From Solirubrobacterales bacterium (lineage in GTDB: Bacteria; Actinomycetota; Thermoleophilia; Solirubrobacterales; 70-9): a DNA stretch of 64,000 nt. The notes beneath the pieces were generated by a model that made no database searches, had not been told where the DNA came from, and worked only from the letters and a program-made list of their open reading frames with translations. Numbering within the stretch: the stretch's first letter is position 1; each line of letters opens with the position of its first letter. Shown here piece by piece: positions 8,929 through 16,404 of this stretch. The position numbers and the translations under genes were made by a program. Where the stretch lies: contig DATBDU010000035.1 in NCBI GenBank assembly GCA_036269775.1, forward strand, positions 41,961 to 105,960, read 5' to 3'.

Positions 8929-9176
8929 GTTCGATGGCCGACCTCCAAATGCAGCGCGCCGTGCTGGCGTTGGTGCTTCACGAACATCCGACCCTGCTGA
9001 CGCTCCCGGTGCTGGCGGGCCGGGTGCTTGCGAACCCCCGCACCCTCTCCGGAGGGGTCACACTCGCCCGCGCCCTTCGCGACCTAGACAACGAGGGCTT
9101 GGTGTTCGGCAATGGATTCCTGATCCAGCCGAGCCGACCGGCGCTCTACGTCAAGCGCCTGCTGGGGGGAAGCTGA
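8925..9176 (+). CDS. Hypothetical small protein, possibly winged-helix-like
   Basis: 83 aa. The start (GTG 8925, or ATG 8934) is coupled to the upstream stop, and its own stop overlaps the next ATG (TGATG at 9174-9178). Confidence 0.5.
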   Translation: MSSMADLQMQRAVLALVLHEHPTLLTLPVLAGRVLANPRTLSGGVTLARALRDLDNEGLVFGNGFLIQPSRPALYVKRLLGGS

Positions 9177-9664
9177 TGCTGGTCCCTGGTCGTTTCAGTA
9201 GCGCCGCAATCGGCATCGGCAATGGCGAGGTGGAGGTGCGCTTGAGCGACGGCGGCAACTGGCAGGTCAAGGTGAGGTTGACCGAGGGTGAGGACTGGCG
9301 TCTGCTCTGCCGAGGCCATATCGACGGCACCATCTTTGAGACCGCCACCCAGGACGCTGAGGAGCCGATCACGGTCGGCCCGCTGATGGTCGATCCGGCC
9401 GGTCGCCGGGTCGAGGTACGCGGGGGTGAGGTCCGCCTTACCGCGCAAGAGTTGGAAGTAGTGGCGCTGCTCGCCACCGACCCCGGCCGCGTCTTCACCA
9501 AGAAGGAGTTGCTGCGGGAGATTTGGGGGAGCAAAGATGGCGGCGCGATCCGCACTCTCGATTCACACGCGAGCCGCGCCCGCTGCAAGCTGCGCAAAGC
9601 CGGGGCCGAGGGCTTCGTCGTCAACTGCCATGGGATCGGCTACTCGCTCCGCGAGGGCCGCTGA
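9176..9664 (+). CDS. OmpR/PhoB-type winged-helix DNA-binding protein without a receiver domain
   Basis: The C-terminal LTAQELEVVALLATDPGRVFTKKELLREIWG...IRTLDSHASRARCKLRKAG...GIGYSL matches Trans_reg_C. The N-terminal 65 aa or so are unrecognised. The track ORF 8867-9664 has an implausible Pro/Arg-rich N-extension, so I start at ATG 9176. Confidence 0.7.
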   Translation: MLVPGRFSSAAIGIGNGEVEVRLSDGGNWQVKVRLTEGEDWRLLCRGHIDGTIFETATQDAEEPITVGPLMVDPAGRRVEVRGGEVRLTAQELEVVALLATDPGRVFTKKELLREIWGSKDGGAIRTLDSHASRARCKLRKAGAEGFVVNCHGIGYSLREGR

Positions 9665-9756
9665 CTGATAGCCGGGTGATTGGGGGCCGCCATCCTCAGC
9701 TGAGCGGAGGGCGGGGACCGTCGCGGTGCCGCTCCCGACGAAAGAAGTGGGACAAA

Positions 9757-10011
9757 TCGCCGCCTCATTCGACATAGGGGTGATGAGGCACGAAATCGGC
9801 TCTCACGACCAAGCGGCAGCAGTCGTCCTACCCCGTCCCCAAACGAACACTTGTCGAAAAACGGGGGCCACTTTCGAGGTTCGCCCCCCTGTAGAGCAGA
9901 TGGATATTTGCTCTCCCCTCTCGCTTCGTCGCCCGCCTCCGGGTAGGCCGACCAACCTTTTTGCCGGATTTCGCCGCCTCGTTCGACAGGGAGGTGTGAG
10001 GCTCGGAATCG
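9757..10011 (+). repeat. Two imperfect direct repeats of about 42 bp (9757-9798 and 9971-10011), each containing a hairpin
   Basis: TCGCCGCCTCATTCGACATAGGGGTGATGAGGCACGAAATCG versus TCGCCGCCTCGTTCGACAGGGAGGTGTGAGGCTCGGAATCG (about 34/42 identical). The inner stem GCCTCA/TGAGGC becomes GCCTCG/TGAGGC (A-T to G-T). Confidence 0.7.
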
Positions 10012-10094
10012 AACCGCAGGTTAAGGAGGGGGGACCACTTTCCCGGCTCGCTGCTCTGTGGGGTATCAGGGCAGATTTTTCACAGCCGCTTTTT

Positions 10095-10154
10095 CACCTT
10101 CGCCTAGCGCTTCGGGGATGGCTTCGCCTATCGCTTCCCCTGTCGCTTCGCGGG
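10095..10154 (+). repeat. Five tandem 12-bp iteron-like repeats (core GCTTCG)
   Basis: CACCTTCGCCTA GCGCTTCGGGGA TGGCTTCGCCTA TCGCTTCCCCTG TCGCTTCGCGGG. CTTC sits at positions 4-7 of every unit. The array lies about 300 bp upstream of the replication-relaxation gene. Confidence 0.7.
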
Positions 10155-10268
10155 CCGGTTGAGCCAAAGGGCCGCTACTGCGCACCCCAGCGCCGGTTGC
10201 GGGCCTGGCGTTTTGCCGACATTCCTACGCCACTTCCAATTCAAAACACCATCAAGGAGGTCTTCGTC

Positions 10269-10460
10269 ATGTTCTCTATCCGCTTCTCCTCTACGTCCCT
10301 TGCACTCGACGCCTGCGCTATCGCCTCCGCGCTGGCTCCACAACGCTCCACTACCGAGGCAACCGCCCCCGTAGTGCCAGCCCCACAGTCGGTTTCCGGC
10401 TCGGCGCTGGCTTCGCAGCACCTTGCCGTCAATCGACCGCTGCCCTGGGGGTCAGCGTGA
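10269..10460 (+). CDS. Small hypothetical protein (63 aa) coupled to the replication-relaxation gene
   Basis: Strong Shine-Dalgarno AAGGAGG at 10254-10260, 8 nt before ATG 10269. Stop TGA at 10458-10460 overlaps GTG 10457 of the next gene. Confidence 0.55.
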   Translation: MFSIRFSSTSLALDACAIASALAPQRSTTEATAPVVPAPQSVSGSALASQHLAVNRPLPWGSA

Positions 10461-11356
10461 ACTGGCAAGCAGGCTCGCGCCTGCGACTGCCAGAGGCAAC
10501 GGTGGAGATCATCGCCTCCGTCGGCGAGCATCGCATCCTCTCGACCGCCCAGGTGCGCGCGATCCGCTACCCGGATCGCAGCCTGCGCCGCACCCAGCAG
10601 GCGCTTGCTTACCTTGAGCGGGCGGGCTTGGTCGCTTATGTCGAGCGCCGCCGCACTCCCCGCCGCATGTGGTTCCTGACCGACGCCGGCGCTGACGCCG
10701 TGGTTGCCGGCGGCGAAATCAAGGAGCGGCCGAAAGTCCTCAGCCCGAAACAGGCAGCGGGTCCGCTGACCGCCCATACGCTCGGCGTCAACGAGGTCGG
10801 GGTCAGTTTCCTGCGGGCGGCGCGCGAGCGCGGCGACGATTTCGCTCCGCTCTCCTGGCGGCATGAGGTTGCCCATCCCCTCAACCATGGGCGCGGCCGC
10901 GCTCGCCGAACCCTGATCGCCGATGCGGTCTTCACCTACGTCCGCCCCGAGGACCGGCAGATCGCCGTCTACCAGCGCTTCGTTGAGGTGGATCGCGCCA
11001 CCCTCTCGGTTGAACGGCTGGTGGCCGAGCTTGCGCGCTACGGCCAGCTTTACCGGGCGCAGGACAAGCGCGACGGCGATCCGATTTGGAGCTACTACTA
11101 CCGGAGCTTCCCGCCTGTGATCTGCGCGTTGGCTGGCGCATCGCGCAAGGCGCTTGGTCGGCGGCTCGACGTCGCCGCCGCGCTGCTCGCCAGTCATCCC
11201 GCGCTCGACCGTGCCTATGACGTGGAGATCTACTTCTGCTTGCTGGACGACCTCAAGGATCGCGGCCCGTTCGCCCCGATCTTCTATGCGGTCGGCGAGC
11301 CGCAGCGCGCGGTGAACTGGATCGGTGAGGGCCGCGAGCTCGAGGACGGGCGGTGA
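10457..11356 (+). CDS. Replication-relaxation family protein (Replic_Relax-like)
   Basis: 299 aa. The N-terminal winged-helix-like HRILSTAQVRAIRYPDRSLRRTQQALAYLERAGLVAYVER...WFLTDAGADAV followed by AHTLGVNEVGVSFL fits my recollection of PF13814. Confidence 0.6.
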   Translation: MNWQAGSRLRLPEATVEIIASVGEHRILSTAQVRAIRYPDRSLRRTQQALAYLERAGLVAYVERRRTPRRMWFLTDAGADAVVAGGEIKERPKVLSPKQAAGPLTAHTLGVNEVGVSFLRAARERGDDFAPLSWRHEVAHPLNHGRGRARRTLIADAVFTYVRPEDRQIAVYQRFVEVDRATLSVERLVAELARYGQLYRAQDKRDGDPIWSYYYRSFPPVICALAGASRKALGRRLDVAAALLASHPALDRAYDVEIYFCLLDDLKDRGPFAPIFYAVGEPQRAVNWIGEGRELEDGR

Positions 11357-11367
11357 GGGGGAGAGGC

Positions 11368-11583
11368 ATGGCGAAGAAGCTCCCGGCATCCATCCCCCGC
11401 ATCGCCTTCACGCCTGCTGAGGCTGCGGCTGCAATCGGAGTTGGCCCTGACTTCTTCGACGCCAACGTAGCCCCGCAACTGCGCCTGATCCGGCGTGGCC
11501 GCAAGCGGCTCGTCCCGGTGCGCGAGCTTGAACGATGGGTGGCTGAAAACGCCGATGAGCCGATTGTCGAGCAACTCCGCTGA
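11368..11583 (+). CDS. xis: Excisionase-like HTH DNA-binding protein
   Basis: 71 aa. IAFTPAEAAAAIGVGPDFFDANVAP...LVPVRELERWV is typical of MerR-type excisionase (HTH_17) proteins. It lies directly upstream of int, with GGGGGAGAGG before ATG 11368. Confidence 0.7.
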   Translation: MAKKLPASIPRIAFTPAEAAAAIGVGPDFFDANVAPQLRLIRRGRKRLVPVRELERWVAENADEPIVEQLR

Positions 11584-11624
11584 TGGTCCTCTGCCTGAAA
11601 TCAAATGACAGGAGGTAGGTCGCG

Positions 11625-12803
11625 ATGGCTGTAGTCAAGAAGCGACATTCAAGGAACTGCCCGGCGAAGCGCGGAAAGCGGTGCAGCTGTAGTGGCGGCT
11701 ACCGCGCCGAGGTCTATTCGCCGAGAGACGAGAAGAAGATCCGCAAAACTTTCACCCACAGGGCAGACGCGCAGTCCTGGGCGGCCGAAGTGAAACGTGG
11801 AGTCGATCTCGGAACCCTTCGCGCCCCGACGAAACGCACCCTTGGCGAAGCCGCTGCCGCGTGGCTGGCGGGAGCCGACGCCGGGACGATCCGCAACCGC
11901 TCCGGTAATGGTTACAAGCCCGCGACCCTGCGCGGCTATCGGCAGGCACTTGAGGATCATGTCCTCCCGGCGCTCGGCGGCCGAAGGATGAACACGATCA
12001 CCACCTCCGATCTGCAAGCCCTCGTTGATCGTTGGAGCGCTGAGGATCAATCGCCCTCCACGATCCGCAACTCCATCAAGCCCTTGCAGGCGCTCTATCG
12101 CCGCGCCCGCGCCCGCGAAGGTCTTGCGGTCAATCCGACCCGCGACCTGGAACTGCCAGCACCGAACGCGAAGGAGGTTGAGATCGTCGCCCCCGATGTA
12201 GCCGCGCAGCTGCTCGACGTGCTGCCCGTCGAGGATCGCGCCTTGTGGGCCACTGCTCTCTACGCGGGCTTGCGTTACGGCGAGCTTCGCGCTCTCCGCT
12301 GGGCGGCGGTTGATCTGGCGGGTGGCTCGATCCGCGTAACGGAATCATGGGACCCGAAGGAGGGGGCGATCGCGCCGAAGACCAAGAACTCCCAGCGGAC
12401 GACGCCGCTCCCAGGTCTTCTTCGCGACTACCTGATGGAGTATCGGATCGCAGCTTGTGAACCTCCTGTCGAGGCTCTTGTTTTCGGCGACAAAATCGGC
12501 AAGCCGTTCCAGGCCGCGACGATCTACCGGCGAGCGGATCGGGTATGGAAGGCTCGGGCATTGGGTCGGCTGCGGCTGCACCAAGCCCGCCATACCTACG
12601 CCTCGTTCATGATCGCGGCGGGAGTCAACGCTAAGGCGTTGTCCTCCTTCATGGGCCATTCCTCGATCAAGGTTACGTTTGACCTGTACGGACACTTGAT
12701 GCCGGGCACCGAGGCTGAGGCAGCGGCGCTGTTGGATCGGTTTCTGCGGACCGATGTTCGGGAGGCCGAGGCTGCGGTCAGGCAGGCGGTTACCTCGCCC
12801 TAG
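11625..12803 (+). CDS. int: Tyrosine-type site-specific integrase
   Basis: 392 aa. The C-terminal catalytic region LRLHQARHTYASFMIAAGVNAKALSSFMGHSSIKVTFDLYGHL (R..H..R..Y signature) and the earlier GLRYGELRALRW box are present. Confidence 0.9.
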   Translation: MAVVKKRHSRNCPAKRGKRCSCSGGYRAEVYSPRDEKKIRKTFTHRADAQSWAAEVKRGVDLGTLRAPTKRTLGEAAAAWLAGADAGTIRNRSGNGYKPATLRGYRQALEDHVLPALGGRRMNTITTSDLQALVDRWSAEDQSPSTIRNSIKPLQALYRRARAREGLAVNPTRDLELPAPNAKEVEIVAPDVAAQLLDVLPVEDRALWATALYAGLRYGELRALRWAAVDLAGGSIRVTESWDPKEGAIAPKTKNSQRTTPLPGLLRDYLMEYRIAACEPPVEALVFGDKIGKPFQAATIYRRADRVWKARALGRLRLHQARHTYASFMIAAGVNAKALSSFMGHSSIKVTFDLYGHLMPGTEAEAAALLDRFLRTDVREAEAAVRQAVTSP

Positions 12804-14047
12804 CCCTGCTGGTGAAGGGCTTGGGCGATCTCGGTACCTAGCTGCGCCACGCTCCCCGCAGGTTCGTCAAAGTCGACAACGATGTAGCCCATCTCTTTGG
12901 GCTTGCCGTCTTTACCGGCGACCGAGATTGCGCTCGGCCAGCCTCGCCGAGCGTACTCCGAGGTCACCGATGGACTAAGAGCGTCGGGCGGGATGAGAAG
13001 TACCTGCTTGGGCGGCCTGGGTTTAACAACGTCTTTCGGATGGCTTCGGGCCTGCCGTCGAACTTTGCTGACAACCTCCTGCGACTTCCCGTAGATGAAG
13101 CGCTCCGCCCATCCATAGGTCATTAGGTTCAGGCGGCGGACTTGAAGGCGGTCCGAGGTAGCGACAGTGAGGCTGTGGTCTCCCGCCACCATGAACAGCC
13201 CTTTGGTCGGGCTTATCGGATAGAAGCTGATCGCCTCGGCAGAACTCTTCCATCCGTTCCCGCTCCACGGATGTTGAGGCGCGTGGTCGACCATTGAGAT
13301 CGGACGGTCCGACGTGACGAACTCGGCCCCTTCCGCGGTCAGGACGATCCAGTCAAGGGAAAAGATCTCCCCCGCGATCTCGGTGGCTACCTTCATGATT
13401 TGAGCCAAGGCCCCAGTGCGAGGGGACTCGTAGCCAACTCTTCCTTCTAGAAGCTGGTTCTGCATTCGCTTCCGCATGTCTTCCAGTTCGTCCAACGACA
13501 TGGACTGCGTGACGTCGCAATCGAACTCTTTGCGGAACGCCTCCAAACTCGACAGCCCCATGCTCGCCTTCAACTCGAAAGCTGCCTGGCGCATACGCTC
13601 GGTGCGGATAAGTCCTTCCGGCGTCCTGCTCTCTTGAAAAGCAAGGAAGAAAGCGATGGTGAGGCGATTCTGTGGCGATATCGAACCGGGGTCCTCGCAT
13701 AGGTTGTCCAAGGCGGGCGCGGCGTGCTTCTCGACGATTGAGAAGAACGACTCAACCGTCCGAGACAGCTCCCCTTGGTGATCCTCGTAGGTGTAGAGAT
13801 CTTTTACGAAGGCGACATCATCGGGCCGAGTTCGCTTTGGTGCCCCTGATCGAACATCGAGTTGGTGCATCCATCCCTTGCGCGATCCCGGAGGTTGAGC
13901 GAATCGAGCAAGCGCGAAGGCTGGAACAAAATGATGACGACGCGCAGACGAGGGCGGCAACTGTGCCTTACCCGCCGCGATTTCCCCCATCTCCGATAAG
14001 AGGGGCGGCTCCGCAAAGAAACTCGGGTCTAAGGACTGCGAGGGCAC
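12800..14047 (-). CDS. DUF4238-like protein (cargo gene)
   Basis: 415 aa. The N-terminal RRHHFVPAFALARF resembles the HY(V/I)PxFYLxxF signature I associate with DUF4238. Lower GC than the host. Its stop overlaps the int stop region (convergent). Confidence 0.6.
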   Translation of the reverse strand: MPSQSLDPSFFAEPPLLSEMGEIAAGKAQLPPSSARRHHFVPAFALARFAQPPGSRKGWMHQLDVRSGAPKRTRPDDVAFVKDLYTYEDHQGELSRTVESFFSIVEKHAAPALDNLCEDPGSISPQNRLTIAFFLAFQESRTPEGLIRTERMRQAAFELKASMGLSSLEAFRKEFDCDVTQSMSLDELEDMRKRMQNQLLEGRVGYESPRTGALAQIMKVATEIAGEIFSLDWIVLTAEGAEFVTSDRPISMVDHAPQHPWSGNGWKSSAEAISFYPISPTKGLFMVAGDHSLTVATSDRLQVRRLNLMTYGWAERFIYGKSQEVVSKVRRQARSHPKDVVKPRPPKQVLLIPPDALSPSVTSEYARRGWPSAISVAGKDGKPKEMGYIVVDFDEPAGSVAQLGTEIAQALHQQG

Positions 14048-14075
14048 AACTCAATGATGGAGCCATTCTCGGCGG

Positions 14076-14113
14076 ATGGCACCTCCTGACGCCTGGCACC
14101 GAGGCTGAGGCAG
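14076..14113 (+). pseudogene. Relic of an integrase 3' end between the two cargo genes
   Basis: GGCACCGAGGCTGAGGCAG (14095-14113) is identical to 12705-12723 inside int. The surrounding frame reads GWHLLTPGTEAEA, compared with YGHLMPGTEAEA at the int C-terminus. Confidence 0.45.
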
Positions 14114-14145
14114 TTCCGATGGAGCCTGACTTCCGTTATATCCGG

Positions 14146-15027
14146 CTAGGGCAATTCAGCAACCCCCACAAACCGACCATGGCCAAGGAAGCCGCATCGG
14201 TCGTCGCGGATGGCAGGCACCCAATAAATGAACGCACCGTTCGCGATCCGCTGGAGCCGATCTGCTCCTCGCTCTCTCCAGTCGCGTAGCTGCCACATGA
14301 GGTTCATGACTCGACGCGAGATCGTCATTGAGGTTCCGCCAAGCGTTTGGCCTCGGGGGCTGTAGACGTGACCGTCGATCATCATTGCTTGGGTAAGGCC
14401 CGCCTTCCTCAACGTCGCTCTCTCCGATTCGTCCCATTCTTGGGTGAGGCCAATGGCGTAGTTGGAGCGGAGAAAAAGTTCGGCTTTCGGCCAGTTGCGG
14501 ACTGCTCTCTCTGCAACAGACCTCTTCGTCCAGCTTCCATGGGGGAAGATCCCGATGAGGTAGGCGTCGTCTGGGCGGAGGACGACGAACAAAAGATCAC
14601 GAGTCCTCTTGGCGAATCCATCGCCCTGGATCAACATGGAGAGGTGGAGATGGTGGACTCCCCATTCCGCCAACAGCAGATCGAGATCCTTGCGTAGATG
14701 ATGGGGAGTTCCCCTGCGCCGGTCAAGCGCAACCTTCACGCTGCGGCTCAGGAATGGCTTCAAATCGTCGCCATCCTTGATCCGCTGGATCAGCGACTCT
14801 AGGGCTTTCGGTGCTTCTCCGGCTTCCATCTCCTTCTCTAGCTCTCGGGAGACGTGGACCTGGCGCGGCCGGGGCGATGGGCAGCGGTAGCGCCAGTTTC
14901 CGTAGACGGTTAGGAGGTCACGTAGCCCCAGGCTTTCTAGCTCGCGCTTCTGCCCATTCTCGCTGGGAAGCTCGGCTAGGGCGTGGCGGCGTAGGCGTTT
15001 CTCCAGACGCTCAACGAGATGCTCCAT
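14146..15027 (-). CDS. Hypothetical 293-aa protein (cargo gene next to attR)
   Basis: I start at ATG 15027 (MEHLVERLEKRL...). The track's 340-aa version extends to within 10 nt of the attR repeat, into the 131-bp spacer that holds the ACTGGCCCA arm repeats. Contains RRGTPHH and WGVHHLHLS motifs. No family recognised. Confidence 0.6.
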   Translation of the reverse strand: MEHLVERLEKRLRRHALAELPSENGQKRELESLGLRDLLTVYGNWRYRCPSPRPRQVHVSRELEKEMEAGEAPKALESLIQRIKDGDDLKPFLSRSVKVALDRRRGTPHHLRKDLDLLLAEWGVHHLHLSMLIQGDGFAKRTRDLLFVVLRPDDAYLIGIFPHGSWTKRSVAERAVRNWPKAELFLRSNYAIGLTQEWDESERATLRKAGLTQAMMIDGHVYSPRGQTLGGTSMTISRRVMNLMWQLRDWRERGADRLQRIANGAFIYWVPAIRDDRCGFLGHGRFVGVAELP

Positions 15028-15091
15028 GGTTCCCAGAGTAGGAACAGGGAAGGGCGGAACAGGAACCAAGCAGCTGCACTCGGCTGGACAA

Positions 15092-15114
15092 ACTGGCCCA
15101 TTGACTGGCCCACG
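15092..15114 (+). repeat. Right-arm tandem ACTGGCCCA repeats of element 1
   Basis: ACTGGCCCA at 15092-15100 and ACTGGCCCACG at 15104-15114, in the same orientation as the left-arm copies and about 45 bp from attR. Confidence 0.7.
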
Positions 15115-15158
15115 CTCGGGCAAAACCGCTCTACAAAGCGGATAATCGGCATATGTAC

Positions 15159-15203
15159 CGGCCTGCAAAGCCGTTTACACCAGTTCGATTCTGGTAGGCG
15201 CCT
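15159..15203 (+). repeat. attR: second copy of the 45-bp tRNA-Cys 3' segment
   Basis: Identical to 7478-7522. The sequences diverge immediately outside the repeat on both sides. Confidence 0.9.
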
Positions 15204-15214
15204 TTCGCTCCGCC

Positions 15215-16285
15215 TCAAAGTAGGGGGATGATGCCAAGCGTGCCGTCAGCCAGAGTGACTTTGAGACCCGAGGGCGCGGTTCCGCTCTGGTAGAGGGCAT
15301 CCAGTCGGCCCAGCGCGCTTTCCAGCACGATCGCGTTGACATGGCCGGCGAACGGTGAGACGTAGCCGGGAATGAGACCGAGGACGTCGCCGTCGAGGGT
15401 CAGCCCGGGTGGGGTTTCGGGGGCTTTGAAGACGGACGTGTAGTAGTCCGTGGGTATGCCCGCGAGAGCCAGGGTGGCGACCATCTGATCGCTCTGGTCG
15501 GAGGTGACCTCACCGTCGAGGACGCCGTGGGAGACGACCACGCCTTTCAGGCCCGACGATTTCATCTGGCTGGCGCGGAGGACGGGGCTGCGGTTGAGGT
15601 AGGTGGTGAGGTTGAGGATCGGCGAGCCCATCTCGGCTTCGATGTCGGCTTTGGCGTTGGCGCCGGTCGTCTGTATGCCACCCAGCGGGAGCAGCGAGAT
15701 CGCCGTGGCGTCGGTGTAGATCTCGGGCACATTGGTGACCCCGGCGACGTCGAACCAGTAGTCGAACAGGGGGCTGCCGTCGGTCCGGGTCGCGTGTTCG
15801 GAGACCGCCAGGCCGGTCATGTTGCCACCCATGCTGACGCCGAAGGCGGAGTTGACGAACCGCGTCGGGTTGAGGCTCTGGCAGGTGCTATTGAAGAGGC
15901 GGGTCGCGGCGATCGAGTCAGCGGCGCCCTCGCTTACTTTCCAGCCTCGCGAGCTGTTGCCGGTCGGCCCTTCGAGGTCGACGGTGCCGTGGTAGTCCAT
16001 CGCCACCACGATCACGCCGTCGCGCTGGGCGATACCGGGCATCAACGGGACCATCGACTGGGCGGTGGTGGGGTATCCGTGCCCGAGCACGACGATTCCC
16101 TTCGGGGTCGTTGCGGGCAGCGAGTAGTAGCCATAGGTGGGGACGCCGCCGACGGTGATGTTGAGGGTCTGGATCGAGGTCGGTTCACCCGTGCAGGCGG
16201 GGGGTTCGGCCTGGGCCGTCCCGCCGAGGGCGATCAGCGACGAAACCACCGATACCAGCAGTACTGCGACTCGCGACCTCCGCAT
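15215..16285 (-). CDS. Secreted alpha/beta hydrolase (esterase/lipase-like)
   Basis: Signal peptide MRRSRVAVLLVSVVSSLIALGGTAQA and nucleophile-elbow-like GVSMGGN. Confidence 0.7.
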   Translation of the reverse strand: MRRSRVAVLLVSVVSSLIALGGTAQAEPPACTGEPTSIQTLNITVGGVPTYGYYSLPATTPKGIVVLGHGYPTTAQSMVPLMPGIAQRDGVIVVAMDYHGTVDLEGPTGNSSRGWKVSEGAADSIAATRLFNSTCQSLNPTRFVNSAFGVSMGGNMTGLAVSEHATRTDGSPLFDYWFDVAGVTNVPEIYTDATAISLLPLGGIQTTGANAKADIEAEMGSPILNLTTYLNRSPVLRASQMKSSGLKGVVVSHGVLDGEVTSDQSDQMVATLALAGIPTDYYTSVFKAPETPPGLTLDGDVLGLIPGYVSPFAGHVNAIVLESALGRLDALYQSGTAPSGLKVTLADGTLGIIPLL

Positions 16286-16404
16286 GACTTCCTCCTCCAG
16301 CTGTAGTGACGCCGATTACTCAGACTCCTAATTGGCAAGGACCCTATCGCCTCGCCAGCTAGCGCACTTATTTTTTGGGCGCAGGGACTCGCCGGCAGGA
16401 GGTC

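Larger units (their letters stand above)
7478..15203 (+). mobile_element. Integrative element of about 7.7 kb in tRNA-Cys (int, xis, replication-relaxation gene; no conjugation or virion genes seen)
   Basis: Bounded by the perfect 45-bp direct repeat. Contains a tyrosine integrase, an excisionase-like HTH, a Replic_Relax-like gene, a Doc toxin and cargo genes. GC is visibly lower (line 13441-13500 counts 30/60 G+C). Confidence 0.85.

Noticed and set aside
10095-10154. CRISPR array
   Set aside because: The 12-bp units are contiguous with no spacers and are far shorter than CRISPR repeats. No cas genes are present. They are interpreted as iterons.
9726-10460. 244-aa plus-strand ORF spanning the repeat/iteron region of element 1
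   Set aside because: It translates the 42-bp repeats and the 12-bp iterons (RLALRGWLRLSLPLSLRG). Only its last 63 codons, which have a strong AAGGAGG Shine-Dalgarno sequence and stop/start coupling to the next gene, look like a real gene (10269-10460).
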